From Mesotaenium endlicherianum (Eukaryota): a DNA stretch of 64,000 bases. The position numbers and the translations under genes were made by a program. The stretch spans positions 138,925 through 202,924 of the forward strand of contig WELA01003638.1 in NCBI GenBank assembly GCA_009602735.1, written 5' to 3'. The notes below the pieces were generated by a model that saw only the letters and a program-made list of their open reading frames with translations, made no database searches and was not told the DNA's origin. Below are positions 1 through 14,900 of this stretch, piece by piece; positions within the stretch are counted from its first letter, which is position 1; every line of letters starts with the position of its first letter.

Positions 1-307
1 CACTCCCCCCCCCCTTCGCCGATCTATGCCTGTGCCACATATATTAGTTCATAGGCGCTGGTCGTACACTCTCTCTAGAGAGCCCCATTACTCCCTGACC
101 TAGACACCTCAATACACATTCAGCAAAGTAATATTGAAATTGCTCTAGGGGGGACAGAAAGCTTGACCTGCTTCCTCGCAGGCTTCTTACACGCTTCCAA
201 ACTCATGCCTTGTCCCACTTCTCGTCGTGTCCCCTCTCTAGCCAGCTCTCTGAATGGCCGGCTGGCTCACCGGCTGGCTGGCTGGCTGCTCGCTTGTGCG
301 TGTGCAG

Positions 308-873
308 GTTGGAGAGGGATGCGCTGGCGCTGTTCAGGATGCTGCGCATGAAGTACAAGCCCAGCATCGAGCGCGACCCCACTTTCAACGAGGTCAGCTT
401 GCACGCCCGCCCGCCCGCCTGCACCACTCCCTCTGCCCTCACTGCCCTGTGACAAAACGGCCACTTGGCATCTACTAGACCCCAAAGCATCTGTCTTGCA
501 CTGTCAGCATTCCCCCTCTCAGCGTCTGTGATGTGCTGTCTGTGATGCTGCAAGCCCGCTGCATAGCCATCCATCCATCGCCATTCATGTTGTCGCATCT
601 TACCAACTGGAGCATGTCGTATATCTGCCTGCGTATAATGTTGTGACACGCACTACACAACTGGATTCAGTTGTCTTGTACACCTGCAAATTGCTGATTG
701 GTGCATGAGAGTGTAGATGTGTCGGAAGTGCTGTTTGCAAGGCACTGAGCTACACACAGGGCGTGCCGAGTGTCTCCAGCGGCGCGTGGCTTTCACTAAG
801 ATGTGGAAAGTGCTTCTACCCCGAGCTTCTCAAGTACAACCTCTCTTACTCTCTGTGTGTGCGTGTGGGTGCA

Positions 874-906
<33 letters not shown>

Positions 907-1349
907 CAGTACTTGGATGGGATCGCCAACAAGTTTTACGGGGTGCCGTTGCAAGGGGGCCTACAGGGCATGTTAGGCAATGTCATGAAGGTGCGTTACT
1001 GCGCGCTTGTGACGTCCACAGTCGCGATGGTATGCAACTTTGTCTTGGCTGTTTGCTGACGCTTGTCTCAACCTGATGGGGGCCATGGACGTGGCGGTTA
1101 CACTCATGCATGCATCTCTCGCTCTGCTCCCAATGTCAGTCGCGTGAGTCGACATGCTTTGCTTCCCCCCGGATACTGCTTGCTCCTATTATTTCTGCTC
1201 TTTCATACCTTTGGACGGACAGAAAGCGGCTCTCGACAGCCCCTGTGAGCCAGAATTGCAGAAAGTTGCGTGCGTGTCCTGTCTTCGCTGACATTCTCTC
1301 ATGGCTGGTGCCTGCCCCGCCTGTGCAGATGTTGACTGGGGAAGATTAG
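308..1349 (+). CDS. GET4: Golgi-to-ER traffic protein 4 (GET4) homologue, last three coding exons (308-392, 910-990, 1329-1349); 5' part not resolved
   Basis: Spliced translation LERDALALFRMLRMKYKPSIERDPTFNE|YLDGIANKFYGVPLQGGLQGMLGNVMK|MLTGED* resembles the plant GET4 C-terminus as I recall it. GT-AG junctions are in consistent phase. Confidence 0.85.
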
Positions 1350-1909
1350 CCACACTTTCGATCTGCAAGGCTTCCATGCGGCGGAGCCTTGCTAGTTAGA
1401 CTGAGTTCACACGTCAGGTGATGCTCTCGCTGATCACGGCTGCTCTCCGCATCTTGGGGCAAGGGATGTGTTCTGTGGAGGCCGGTTGGCAGGGACGGAC
1501 GAGGCTGGGGTGTTTGTGTAAGCTCTCTAGTATGGGCGGGTGTTGCATCTTGCATGCTCCTGGTTGTGACCAATCATTTTTTCAAAAGGATGTGACGTTG
1601 TATGCCCGGCTGTCAGTCCTGCCTTTGGAGAGCCCTCGACGTTCCAGCTGTAGATGCCTAGTGAGAACTTCTTATCATGCATTTTATCCAGTTGGTCGTT
1701 TTGGCTAGCGTAATAAGCCGCTTCTGTTGTTCAGCGTATACTGCAAAAATTAAGTTTGTTCGTGCAAGCAGAGCTGATGAGGCGCGTGCTGTTTTTCTTC
1801 GTTGGTGTTGCAGGTGTCATATTCTGGAGGTGCTAGTCTGGTGCATATAGGAAGTGTAGGCTCAAGTGCAGAACACTAGGCAGAAGTCAGGTTATGCGTG
1901 CACTCCAAG

Positions 1910-4645
1910 TGCTCCAATATGAAAAGCGTTTTAGATTTGTACTCCAGTTGCCTTTTGAAGGTTTGCAACATGAAATGTCGCAAACCAAGGTTTGACAAGT
2001 GTTCAAATGTGATCAATTTCACACGTGCCGTGCTTTCATCGACAAACAAACCCTCGTAAAGGCTTCTCTTTGCAAAGAAGCCTTCATTGCAGCAGGAAGT
2101 AGCTGCTACACTTACCCACCCACCCACACCTCTAACCCTCCCCTCCACGGGGAGGTGCACGAGGCAGGCACCAAAGCTTGTGCCAGCCCTAGTCACAGCC
2201 ATGCACAATAGTGTCGTTTGTGTTGGTTTGGTACGTTATATGTCTATTGGCAGTAACCAGCGACGATGATCCGGCGGCCAACCTCCACACAAGCAAGAGT
2301 GCAATTGCTAATTAAGCGTTGGTTTAGAAGATTGAACATAGTTGTACTAGCTTAGTGTAGGAAAAGCCTAGAAAAGAACAGACGACGCGCAAATTGTAGC
2401 ATACTACTATTCCTGTTCTTTTTCCATAGTCACCTTCTTTCTTTCGAAATCAGGCAATTCAAACACAAATTGTCAAAACCTGTAATTATGCGATCATTTC
2501 TTCCAAATAAATCCTGGAAGCCTCAACTCATATTATATGTCAAGCGGTCTTCAAAGTTTGCGGTATGCACCCCTTTCCTCGATGTTGATTTAAGCTGCAT
2601 TCTCGAGGATTATCGACAATTATAACGCCCATGGTCGGCAAGTCATTCTGTGTAATGGAGAGCATAAAGTCAGTGCCATGCCAGCTCAGCACGTCTGCAT
2701 GCACATGCATTTAAAACTGGTTCGTTCTGCTTCAATCGGTTTTTTTGCATTATTTTGTAGATGATATGCCACTTGTCGATGCACATCTATTATGTTATTC
2801 TTTATAGTGCAGTCAAAGAGCTGTGAATTTGTCTTTTTGCTCATGCACTGCTACATTGAGGCTTGCCGTATCAGAATGACTGCTGCAGCGATCCCATTAA
2901 AAATGCTCCCACATGCATACGCAGCTTGATCTTGATGTCGAGCTTGGACTTATTTTTTCGTCAGAGGTGTCTGCGTCAGCACGTAGGTCATTTTAACGTA
3001 ATTGCACTTGCAGAGGCAATATTAGAAAAACATGTTCCTCATTCTAACACATCCAGAGAGCTCAGTAGCAAGATCTATGTTGGAGAAGTAAGCAGAGTAC
3101 TTAAAAGTAAAAATATTTTTGCGGGTTTGTGAGGGATTAGATGCCAACTTCGTAAGCTTTATAAGCTGCTTATATAAGGACGAGTGTTGACACTTTGTGA
3201 CCATGTCTAGCACATGCAAAAATATGAAGGTTATTCCAGAAGTGCCCGTTCAATGGAACAGCTCTGAGGTGTATAAGAAGCTCGTATCAACAAAGAGGCG
3301 TGGCAAGGAAGGGTGGAGGACCTTGTTGGAGAGGGGCTATGGACCTGTCAACTTCCAAAAGCATTCGGCAAACGCTTCATACTGCATGATACATGTAAGC
3401 TAGAGCAGCTGACTGTGTACAGCATACACGGACATGCATGCATGATTGACCATGTATCGACCAAGTCATGCACACCTGCTTCTTGACATGGGCTCCATCA
3501 GTGTCAGCTCTAGGGTACAATCGGGGCTTGCTTGCAGTATGATGTTGGAGGGAAACACACGTCAGCCTCTCAGTGATCATGATTTCCTTACGTGTGAAGA
3601 GCAGCACAGTCTTTCATATTTTGAAAAGAGCATCTCAGTCCCGTAATGCCATGCATAGAGCTTTATAATTCACTTGTAGTAGACAAGATGCCCTGCCTAG
3701 GTGTAGGTGTAATGCTGAGGACATCTGTTGTGGAGACAGTTTGTGCTGCTGTTTAGGCCACGGTGATTGTGAATATTGACAGTCTTATAATGTAATGTGG
3801 TGTGCATGCAGCCCAAGAAGATGCTCCCTCAAGTAATGGCCCTGTACAAAAGTAGTAGACAGAAGGTGAAGGCCGTCACAAAAGAGAAAGGTGTCACGGA
3901 CAGGCGAACAGCCCCCAGGGGCTTCAACAAGCTACTGGACAGGCTTGATGTGATGGGTATCAAGTTGCCCGAGGATTGGGAAGAGATTCTCGACAGCTCA
4001 GGCCCCGAAGTATTCAACCCGGAATCAGAGGAAGTGCAGGCAGTTAAGGAGAAAGCAGAACAAAGTCGAAAGAGTGAGAGGGAATGCACACATTTGGTCA
4101 ACGAGGCACCTGCTGCTGCTGCCCCTCAGAGGGCCTCAAGAAAGCCAGCCCAACGTTCGGCTGTAGCCCATGCGGTTCCTGCTGCGGCTGCTGCCTCCAA
4201 GGAAGCCGAGAAAAGGGCTTGCAGGAGTTATCATGAGACTCAAATTTGTGCATCACTGGCACGAATAGCAAGGTCCTATGCGGAAGATGAAGCAGACACT
4301 GACAGTGACAGTGAGGGTGGAGATGAAGAGAGAGCCTACGCTGTTGGTGCGGACTTCATAGGGGGCAGGGGGCAGGGCAACGGCAAGTGGGAGAAGCAGA
4401 TTCTATTGGGTGAAGATGGACTTCAAGATGGTAAACCTCGGAGAGCTCACATGCCGAGTTGCTCGCCAAGCAATGATGGGAGCGGGGAGTACGGCAGACC
4501 GGAGGGCGTGTCAGTGGAGGCACTTATTGAAGATATGCCTCCTAGTGCGATGCAAGGCCTTGAAGGGATTGAAGAGATTTTGGAGGATCTAGATAGGCAC
4601 TTCATAACGAATTTGACATCTCCAAACCACCAGGAATGCCTGTAG
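1910..4645 (+). pseudogene. Degenerate hAT-like DNA transposase remnant with an acidic C-terminal open frame (3797-4645)
   Basis: Broken frames carry hAT-like motifs in the expected order: BED-like SAPI*KAF...DKCSNVINF...STN (~1910-2080), RCLRQHVGHFNVIAL (CxxH-like, ~2965), KVIPEVPVQWNSS (DVxTRWNS-like, ~3230), SYFEKSIS (SERxFS-like, ~3615). Many stops and frameshifts. No TIRs identified. Confidence 0.45.
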
Positions 4646-5469
4646 TCAGGTGAAGCAATTTAAAACAATAGGTTTGGAGTCAAACGTGCTACGAGCGTAC
4701 GCTCAACTTGGACAACCCAAAGAAATGAATCGCATGGCATCGATCCATGCACTGACTTTAGATACAACAAACGTATATAGATTCATGGTGATACCTTTTA
4801 AGTTGTGCATGACGTATCGACCCAGACTCGATGTGCATACCTGCAAATACTTTGTATATAGGTTGAGACTGTGGGTAGTTGTGCAGGCGCATTGAACATA
4901 ACTTTGTGGCAGCGGCATACTAAACCAGGAAGGTCTAGCTGCCTGGCAACCGGCTGGTTTGATGACTTATGGAGAATGAAGCTTGTGAGATTTCCTCCAA
5001 GAGGCAAAACCATCTTGGACTGTTCATTCACCAAGCCATATTTCATTCTTCTGTTTCATGTGTGAGCCATCACAGACGCATCTTCTCAGCTTCTCTAGTC
5101 GTCATTAGCCCGTGCGTGTGACGTTTTTATTGTATCAAAAGTACAAAGATGAAGGGTACTGGAATGAAGAAATGAAAATGCATGCATGGTAGGCACGTCA
5201 AAATTGAGAGATTAGGAGGTATGGAAGCCTGCAGCTGCGGGCTACACCCATAAAATAAAAGGTCACTGTAGCACCCAGACAGCAATGTGCATGCTGGAGT
5301 ACCTGCTACTAAAAGAATCAACATCTTTGTGGTGTGAGATGATCTGACCCAGCCTGGTTGCCCCGAAGCGGATAAATCTATGTAGCCCCCCAAGAAACAC
5401 TCAAACCTTGCTTCACATTTAGGGCATAAGTATGTGAACAAGTCAGGGGGGATATGTACACCTAGCAGC

Positions 5470-8400
5470 TCATATACAAGGCTCTACATTAGGCACTTGC
5501 AGCTGCTTGACAGCTGCCGCAGAGGCATCTCTACTCTCGTCTCCGGTCCGCGCAGGCGGCCGCTTTTGCGCGGGGCTCGTTGTCGCCTCGGGGTGAGCTT
5601 CCGAGTCGAACGCCTTGTGGAGGAGGTCGAGGGCCAGGAAGGTGAGGGCAGAGGCAGGCACAAACCAGAGCACCCTGGGCACCCATCCTTTGAGCAGGCC
5701 CCGGTAGCCCTCCTCCCTGAGGATCTTCCTCAGCGCGTCACTCCACCCTCCGTAGCTGCACAACGTGGCCTCATGTGAGTGGTCCGTACCGTCGGGCTGT
5801 GTTGTGTCTTCGGTATATGGCAGGGGGCAGAAAAGCGACAATTGGCAGCACTGTAAGCACTGGTGTTGTACTTGGAGTAAGAATGCTGGCGGTCTATGGA
5901 GGGGCTCTCCAGAGTGACGAAGACCCATGCAGGGCCACCTCCAAGGCCATATGTTCCAGCACTACGAGTACTATTTGCACGGGAAGGAAATTCCTGCAAA
6001 ACGGAACCGACAAAAATATATGCACAGGACACAAACACACACAGGCCCGCGCACACAAGCACTCTTGCACACAGACGCGCACACACACACACCTGCCCAA
6101 TGGTCCACCCACCCATAAGCAGGCGCCTTTCCATCCCCAGTCAAAAAGCACAACCAGGGCAACATGTCCAAGCAGAATAGTACGGGAAGCGAGACCGCAG
6201 ACACGTGTCTATTGGCTGGGGGGCAACGGGGAGCGACTCACTCGCCGCCAGCGCCCTGTATCTGGAGCCGTGTCTTGATGACATCCAGCGGCGTGGTCAG
6301 CGCCGCAGCTATACCTGGCGGCCACAAGTCAAGCCAAGCATGCAGGCAGGCAGGCAGGCAGGCAGGCACACGCGAAGGGACAGGATCAGCAATGCCGGGG
6401 GCGGCAGTCCTCTCCAAATGCGACTAGGAAGGTCACCCTCCTGTTGTCCCGTCTGCTCCTGTCAACAAGCACGTTGGGTGGTGTGACCGAAAGACGCTCT
6501 CACAAAAAGTGCTGCTACTGCTGCTACACGAACAGGTGAATTTCCCTCGCCGACCCAGTTGCAACCTAAAGGTGCAACAGCCAGCCAGTTGTTGTCAACT
6601 GACACGAGTACCCTTCTGTCGGTCCCCGTTTCCAGACGGCTTTCTCTTGTAAGGGCTGCACAGTCATTCCTGTGTATTGCTGCAGGAAGGAGCTTCTCAC
6701 AGTGCAGGCAGGGCAGGGCTTCCAGTGGGTGCATGGGCATGGAGACAAAAAGTGGGGCATGGCCCTCCTCTTATTTCTGCCTCATGCCAATCACCCCGGG
6801 CAGACTGGTCGGCACACGACACACTAGGCCATCAGGTATGCACCCTGTGCTTGCATGCGGCCATTGTCTGCCTGTTGTCATGAAGACCAAGACCAAGACT
6901 GCGGTGACTGTGCTGTTCTGCTGTAAGCAGCGAGTACCGGTAAGGCGTGGCCGGTGCTCATCGGTCAAAAGTTGGCCACCCTCACGCGCCAAACCTGCTG
7001 CAACACCCCAGGCAAGGGATGGCCCTTGCTTCTCTGAGGCTGCATAACCAAGCACGCCTCGGCTTGGTGCAGCATACGCGCGTCGGCACAAGACACGGAG
7101 CAGTGCAGGGGTGATGCGGGGCTAGGTGGGATGAGTTGAGCATGCATGCAAGAGCGAGGGACACGCACCGCCGGCAGTGCCGCCCATGGCGAGCTCCTCG
7201 GGTGAGCTGAACTCGTGCTTCCAGCCGCCAGAGACGCCACCGATGCCCCACCGCACGTGGCTCCAGTGCACGCCCTGCTTGATCAGCTCGTAGAACATGA
7301 TCTGCACCCCGCCGTGCACGCCCCTTGCCAAGTGTCACGCCGACGTCCGCGCTTGATAGGAAGAAGCCCCCCCTCTATCTCGTGTGCTGGTTTGGCACAA
7401 ATCTAAAGAGAGACACTTTTGGCCTGTGTGAAGCTCCTTGCCACTCAGGTGCATGCAGAATTCTACACACACACACACACACACCTCAAGAGAGGTAGAG
7501 GCCCACGGGTTTAAGGAGTGCCCTTGACCCCCCTTTCAGCAGTAGCTCACTCCAACAAAGTATCAGCCCTCGTGACAATAATGTGCACCTGCCCTCTTCC
7601 AGGGCTGACACGCTCACGGGCGGGCATGTATCACTCTCCCAGCCTTGTGGAGGGAGCACACAAGATGACGCTGTTGCACATTATTAGAAGAGCCACGGCG
7701 TCACACGTTCTCGCCCCTTCAACTCAGGGCCAGGTAACGCACACACGTGACGCAGTGGAGGCACAGCTTTCAGCCCAAAGCGCGCCCGTTTATGCACACC
7801 TCAGACATCATGAGCACCGGAGAGGACCTCAGCAGGCACGCAGCACCCAGAGCCTGTGCTTCACAGATAGCAGCACAGACTGCCACAGCACCTACTGCAC
7901 GGACATTCCAGGCCTAATAACGAGGCACGGGCAAAATGCGCTTTCCATCACAAACCATCTCTGAAGCGGATTGGAGTTGGGGAAGGAAGTACCTGCAGGC
8001 CCGCAAACGGAACGTCCCTGGCGAGGGTGGACAGGAACCTGCAGCAGCACCCACAGAGAGGAGCCCCCTCCTGTCATCGACCCTCCTTCCAGGACGCAGC
8101 CCAGCTATCGCAGCAGCGACAACAAGCAGCTGTGTGCAGCCTGGATTAGAGCATGGCTTCACAAAATCTGGGCCTTCACAGACTCTTAGGAGGAGCTCTA
8201 CTTTGAGCAGAAGTGCTCCTGGGCCCTCGCACAAGCATGGCTGGACTGCCACAAGCTGCGACCACACCTCCGCCGTCAATGGGGGTGAAGTCCCGCGCAC
8301 TTGCTGCGTATAATGGTCCCGCATCTAAGGATCAAACCCATCTCCACTGGCTGAGCTCCCCGTCTCAATGAAATCAGAAGAATAGCGGCAGTGCCCAGCC

Positions 8401-10728
8401 CAAAGCCCTGGATCCATAAACCTCGGGCAAGAGCGTGCCCGCAACCCATCCCTGCATTCGACCCAAGAACCCGTCCTCTCCTCCAGTAGCATACTGTACA
8501 GCCCTTTTACAAGAAGGTAGTAACACAGGTGTAGGCTCAGCAGGAAGGGGGCGTCTGCTGTCATTTACAGACTAGGGGGGAAAGCAAGAGAGACAAGTTA
8601 CCCGGAGTAAAGGCCGAGGAAGCCTTCTTGTCTCACGATGAGCCCCCCTGCCTGCAGCATGCTCTTGTAGTAGGAGTATTTGGAGGGCGGGTGCGAGCCC
8701 GACACCATACGCCGCTCCCACTCTGGCAGGCTGCCTTGCAGCTGCATGCGCTGCTTTATGACCTCGCACGGCACGTACACTACCGACCCCACCGCATCAC
8801 CTGCCGAAGCAAAAAAGCCCAGTCTTTAAGCCTCTCCAACTTCCGCACGTTTGGCAGTGCTGAATAGCCATGGGAACATCTGTCCCTTAAAAGCAGCTTC
8901 TGGACCACGGACCGGCAGTGCACTCCAGCTTGTGCCCCCAAGAGTGCTGCTCTTGCCGCTCTCCTGCCTCCAGTAGGGCCAAGCCAGGCACCACTGCCTG
9001 GCGAGCAAAAAATTCTACAACTTCCTTCCTTGATCCAAAATGCAGGCCAGGAGTCCTTCCAGCTCTAGACCCGATACATAGCGTGAATTAACCCCTGGGT
9101 ATGATCGTCTTGCGGAACAGTAACACAATCGCAGTTGAGCAACTAAGCCCATCTCTTTCCTCATTGCAAACCTGTTTTACCATCAACCAAACAGGCTGCA
9201 CAAACCTCTATGCACTTTGCAAAGCGTGGATGGGGATGGGGCTGAAGGTGGGGGTGAAGGGAAGGGCATACAGTTTCCAAATCCAAGCTGGCACACTAGC
9301 AGGGGGGCTTCAAGTACTAGTTTCATGAGCCTCAGCGAACCTGATGCTTTCTGTGGTGAAGCTTGGGCAATAGAAGAGTCAGGAAAAGCTCTGTGAATGT
9401 TACAGGAAGTGATGGTGGTGTTCAAATGCGTGCTTACCGATCGCTCCTGCTGCAAAATGAGACCAGGGCCCAATCAGGTCTGGCCTATGTTCAGTCAGGC
9501 GATCCTTGGTAAGCTCTATGGTACCGAAGTAAGTGGCCCCTGTTATAAGGGAGCCTGTAAGCCCCGGCCCAACCCCACGGTATAAACCTGCAAAGGTAGT
9601 GCAGCAACACTTCAACTGTGATTGTTAACACTGGAGTGTTAACACTGGAGTGACTACTCCATTGCTTGCATTATGCCTAACCAGATCAAACTCCGACGCT
9701 GCAGTCTTCAGCAGAGGTTTGCCGTAAACCTCCTGTTTTAGAGATGGGAAAGATTTTGTTGCTCAGCTGGAGTTGCACGCTGCACTGAGAGCTGCTCTCA
9801 AGGGATTGAGTTCTACAATGAGGGCTGGATGATGTGTAGAAACAGCTTACTACTTCCTTGCATGCACAGTCCCCCGACTGACAGATGAGTGCTTCTGCAG
9901 CTCTATAAGGATCAACCTTGCAAGTGTGCCAAGATGCTGCAGTGAGGAAGTTAGGGGGATATGGGGTGCATTTGCTTATGTGGTTTTGATTTTTCTGCCA
10001 CAACGCTTGGATGACAAGAGAGGGCTCACCTCTTGCACCGTCTGCTTTCACAACGTGCCTGAACATGCTGCCGAGGCTCTTGTACTGCGCAGTGGAGAGA
10101 AGAGGAAAGACCTGATGGTATCAGCTGTAGCGGCAAAGCTCGTTACTGCAGTGTGTTGAGGAAAGAGGCCTAGACTTGTTAACTGATATTCCAAAGGATA
10201 AAGCTTAAGAAGCATACACGATCAGCTACTTAAAGCTGGCAGGCAGCTTCCTGCAAATGCCATAGTTGTCAACTGGATTGTCAGTTAAGTGATGACCGAT
10301 GAAGCTCGATGAAATAACTCCTGGTATCTACATTGTACCTGATGGCAACGGAGATTGCCAGCACTTTATACAGTGATCACAGACAATAGCAGGTCCTTGG
10401 CCATACCTTACTGGATTGATCACCAGCTTTTGCACTTTGTATCCGAGTCTTCAAGGTGTCAACTGGGTGCATTGTGGTCTCTCCAAAGGCCCCAGCCATT
10501 GCTCCCCATATAAATTCTTGCATGTCTGTACCGTCAAAAAAAAGCAGCATAAATAAGCTCCTCGTTGCGCTACTAGTTTGAAACTGTTCATCTGGCAACC
10601 GTATCTACTATGTGGCACAACCATCAAGACACCATATCCCTTTCAAATGCATTGACACCAGTACAGCCCTTAAACTCACCATCGCCATTGCCCCGACTTA
10701 TGCCCCCAGCAGCTTGTGCCTGTACCAT
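5470..10728 (-). CDS. Mitochondrial substrate carrier (SLC25/MCF), 9 exons, similar to Arabidopsis At1g74240-type carriers
   Basis: Three carrier signatures: HPVDTLKTRIQ (~10440-10470), VPCEVIKQRMQ (~8745-8775), TPLDVIKTRLQ (~6260-6295). Further exons GLYRGVGPGLTGSLITGATYFG, FLSTLARDVPFAGLQ (7993-8038) and EEGYRGLLKGWVPRVLWFVPASALTF. ATG 10728 exon splices in phase to DMQEFIWG at 10525. Confidence 0.9.
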
Positions 10729-11966
10729 TGTAAAGTACTCCCTAAAGCTTCAAGGTCCAAGGGGCGAACAGGATTACTCCTAAGGAGCTGAATAAACTCT
10801 GATCATGAATCGATGAGAAGAAAAAATGATGACTTGTTTACCTAAGATTCCATCTACTGGCTAGTGAGGTTAGCAAACTTATGGAGGATGATCAAGTTGG
10901 CCGTATACTGTAAGCCTGCAGATGAACTAACACTGCACTTTCAGAGGTTGTCATTGCCATTCCTCAAGCTATAGAATCGGCCAAAGCTCCTGCTATCCAT
11001 ACGATCCCCGCATCACGAGGTGGTATTGCTAGCCTAGCGATCTGCCAAACTACAATATCAGTACATTAGCAGCTTGTCTCAGGCACCTGCTTCGTGCAAT
11101 ATCCTACGACAAAACACACCTTAGAGTTCAAACAACGAAATTTCAAAATATCTGGCAGTTTAGTGCTCTCACATGTCATTCAACGACCTACGAAAAAGAA
11201 TGAGCTTAATTATCATAGCATGAAGTGTCGTGCATGATGTCCTCGCGTGCACCTTTTTCAAGCACATGGTCGCCTTCAGAGAAAATGCTTTCCGAAGACC
11301 CAGGGGCTGTTTCGACAGATGCGCCCCATCCCGGGGCATCTGACGTTTGAGCTTCGAGGTGATCCCGCTGCAGCTACCCCCATCCAATACCACCTGGCAC
11401 CACCTAACAGGACTTGATAGTGACTGCCCCGGAAACAGCTCTGGTGTCATTATTGCGAGAACGGAATACATTAAAACCCGAAATGTACGTGATTTATTTC
11501 AACTTGAAAAGATGGTTCCTAGGTGCAGCACAGTAATTACAACCTAACCACTCATGCAGCCATTGTCTATACTAACTTAACAGCCATATTCGTCGGCAAT
11601 GTATCTTCAGGGTGTTTTAGGTCCAAGATGAGCACCAATACATGCTATGTACAGTATAGTATATGAATGAAAAGAACTGCCGGAGCATCCACACAATGAT
11701 GCCCCTCGAAGGACCAGTCAACCATACATAACGAATAAAGCACCCTTTGTTGTCCAAGTAAAACACCACTTTCCAAGAAGTGGAGGGCAAAGGCTCCACC
11801 AAAAAGTAGCTCTTTCCTCTCCCGCAAAAATGAACCTTTCTAAAGGGACCGCAGGAGCTGGACCATCCGCTTGCCGCCATTCCATCAAACGATACTCCAG
11901 GCAGATTCTAGAGCCAAGCTGAAAGGTGCTCAATAGTTCATTCAGCTACGGCACATGTGTAATCAA

Positions 11967-14900
11967 TTATGATACATCACTGTACCCTAGCAGCAGTGCT
12001 TCTATTTCCTCCCACGAAGAGACGGAAAATATCCTCTTAGGCTGCCGTAGTTGCATCGGCTTAAAGTGGCCCTGCAATTCACTTTTGGCAAGTTCTACAG
12101 CCGCTACAAGCAGGGGGTCCAGACGGATGTCAAACACCTCAGCGGCCCTTCTCAAGGTGCTACTGCTGCCAATAACTATGCCTACGTTTGCATTCAGTAA
12201 TGGCAAGATGTCGGTCAAGCTATCACCAACATACACACTGAGCAAGTCTGCTTTCCGTGTGCTTGGGTTGCTTGCAAGAAACTTGTATTTAAGAACATTG
12301 AAGCACCTCTCTTTGTCCTTAGGGCCCTGCAAGTTCCACTCAATGCCTCCCGTGGAAAGTGCATCATCTCCATATAGAAGCTCATTTGAATGGACAACTA
12401 TTCCATCTGCAAGATCACGAAGACAGAGGGCCATGAGTGACGGCATATTATGACACTCCCTCTCATAATTCCCACCCTCTATATATAAGGGTATAAATGT
12501 GGCTGCTGAAGGGCAACTTCTCTGCACATAATAAAGTGCAAAGTCCAAGGGCAGATACTGACAATGATGTGTAATTCACCTGCTTTTAACATTGTCATTC
12601 AAGCGCCATGCACAACGCACTTCTCTAATCAAGTCAGTCTACGCTTCAAACTGGATCAATATGCTTATTACTGGAAGAGTAAATGTGTTGCTTCAGGATA
12701 ACATTATCAGTCTGAACATTATGCTGGACGCTACATTACAGATACACCACTTGACCTAGCTGCTTATTGGGTTCTTTAGGGTGTAGGGCTAGAACAAGCT
12801 TGGGCCCACTTATTCAACAGGCGAGGGAAACAGCAAATCCGTAACACTAAAAGTTTTCAATCAGCTTGCTTGCAAAGACGATGGTGAACGAGAAAGCAAA
12901 ATGATAAAAGTAAGGGGCTTGTTGCAGCAGGGAATACCTTTGTCTCCTCCCAAGGCCTTGTGGAGAGCTCCTTCGATGAAGCTTCTGCTCCAGCAGACGG
13001 AGATGATGTTCAGCTCCACGCCACGCCCTGCCAGCCTTGCCAGAAGCTCCGCGCAGTTGGTGCGCAGCCCCATGTCGCGGCCCCTTCTGTACAACGCTGC
13101 CTTCGAGACCCCGCTGAGCACCTCTGCCAGCTCTACTCTCCTGTTGGCCTCCGATTCAAACGCGGCCAGTGCCCCCAGGAACGACGCTAAGGCTGCCGGC
13201 AACCCGGCACGAGGGCCCCCACTGGGGTCCTCCTGCTCCATTACCTCAGCTTCCAAGGTATCAATTCCACGGCCACTTGTGGCATCAGTTCGCTCCGAGG
13301 ATTCAGCGTCCTCGGCCGCCTGAGAGCTTCCATATCCCGGCTGAGGACCGCCGGCAACATCCGAAGGCGACACGTGGCTGGGCTCTCTGCTGCCATGGGC
13401 AGGCAGGTACTTGTTCAGAAGGGCTGTGTAGTCCTCCATGTACGCCTCTGCAACAGCTGTCCACTTCTCCTGCTTCGCGTGGGACCCTGCACAGATCGCA
13501 CGGGGCTGGCAAGTCGGGTGACTTTGGAGATCATCCTGAACAGAGAGCCCCAACTCCTAATTGAAGAGGAGTTATCAGTACAGCCATGGAGGCTGACAGC
13601 GTGGCGACATGGCCCGAGACTATGCACAAACTGACTTGCGTGATGTCAAAGGCCAGGGACTCAGAACAGCTCCGGGGCGGCGCCACATGTCCAATCGCCT
13701 GGCGACCCGGTTGGAAATGCACCGAGCATCACACCAGGTCACACGACTCTTTGTGATCCCAACCTGTTTGCTGGGCTTCCTGCTGCCACACTGGCAAACC
13801 AAGCTACTCTGGCCAACGAGAGCACGCAGAACGTGGCAAGAGAAGTGGTGAGGAACAGTGATGACCATACCTTGCTCACCCCCGGCAGCAATGGCCAGCT
13901 CCGCAATTAAGGGACTGGAGTCCTCCTCGGAGCAGGTGGAGTCGAAGTCAGAGGCAAAGAACACGTGGCCTGGCTGCACCATCTTCAGAAGTGCCTCTGG
14001 GCAGCCAACCAGTGGCTGCCCCGAAAAGAAGCTCAGCTCTAGCCGCATAGCCTTCTGATAGAGAGCTTGCAGTTCGGCTCGCAGCTTCGGTTCGCAGCCG
14101 GTGGAGAGCTGATCGAGAAGACTCTCCAGCTTTGATGCAGATGCCTGCGCCACCCTGATGCAAGCTCGTTGGTTGCATGTGAGACATGTCTCGAGCATAT
14201 CCCCTCAGGCAAGGGCATAAGAAGCACAATGTCGTTGGTTCGTTTTGATGACTTCACGCAACGTCACATGGACTCAAATTTCATAATTTCATTCTTTTGA
14301 GGAAGGGAGGGGAAGTTGTCGAGTGCCTCTGTGAAGATACACACTTATTTGCCAATCACTAGGCTGGCCTGAAAATGAGTGACCACAAATTTGACCTTCG
14401 TTTTGAGCTGTATAAAACAGCCCATGTGGAAATATGAGAACCTCAAACAAAGGCTCATCTGTTGTCAGGGAGCACAGGATAGAACAGAGATGAAGCATGA
14501 CAACCGTTCAGCCCTAAAGTATCCATGGCTTGTAGTACCTTCCACTTTCTGGCAGAGAGCGGAATGGGAGTCCCACGCATAACAGCGTCGTCAAAGCTGG
14601 GTAGTACTTAGGCAATGACAGACATTGTGAGGGGATTCGCATTTGAAGCATATACTTGCACAGACATCGTGTGCTAGGTCTGAGGAGAAGTGTATGCTTG
14701 TCGAGTGCAGATTCCGAGTGTGTTGTGCTTGCAAACTTGGTGATTGTATCGGGCCGATGCTGGTGCAGCGACTAACAAGAGACGAGATCGCCAGAGGGCC
14801 CAGAGAAGCACAGGCAGTTGCTCGCATTTGAATCAAGAGGCAATAGCAGGGCTGAGCCTGGGGAGAAGCTGTAAGGAAGACTTTCTACCTCGAATTCAGC

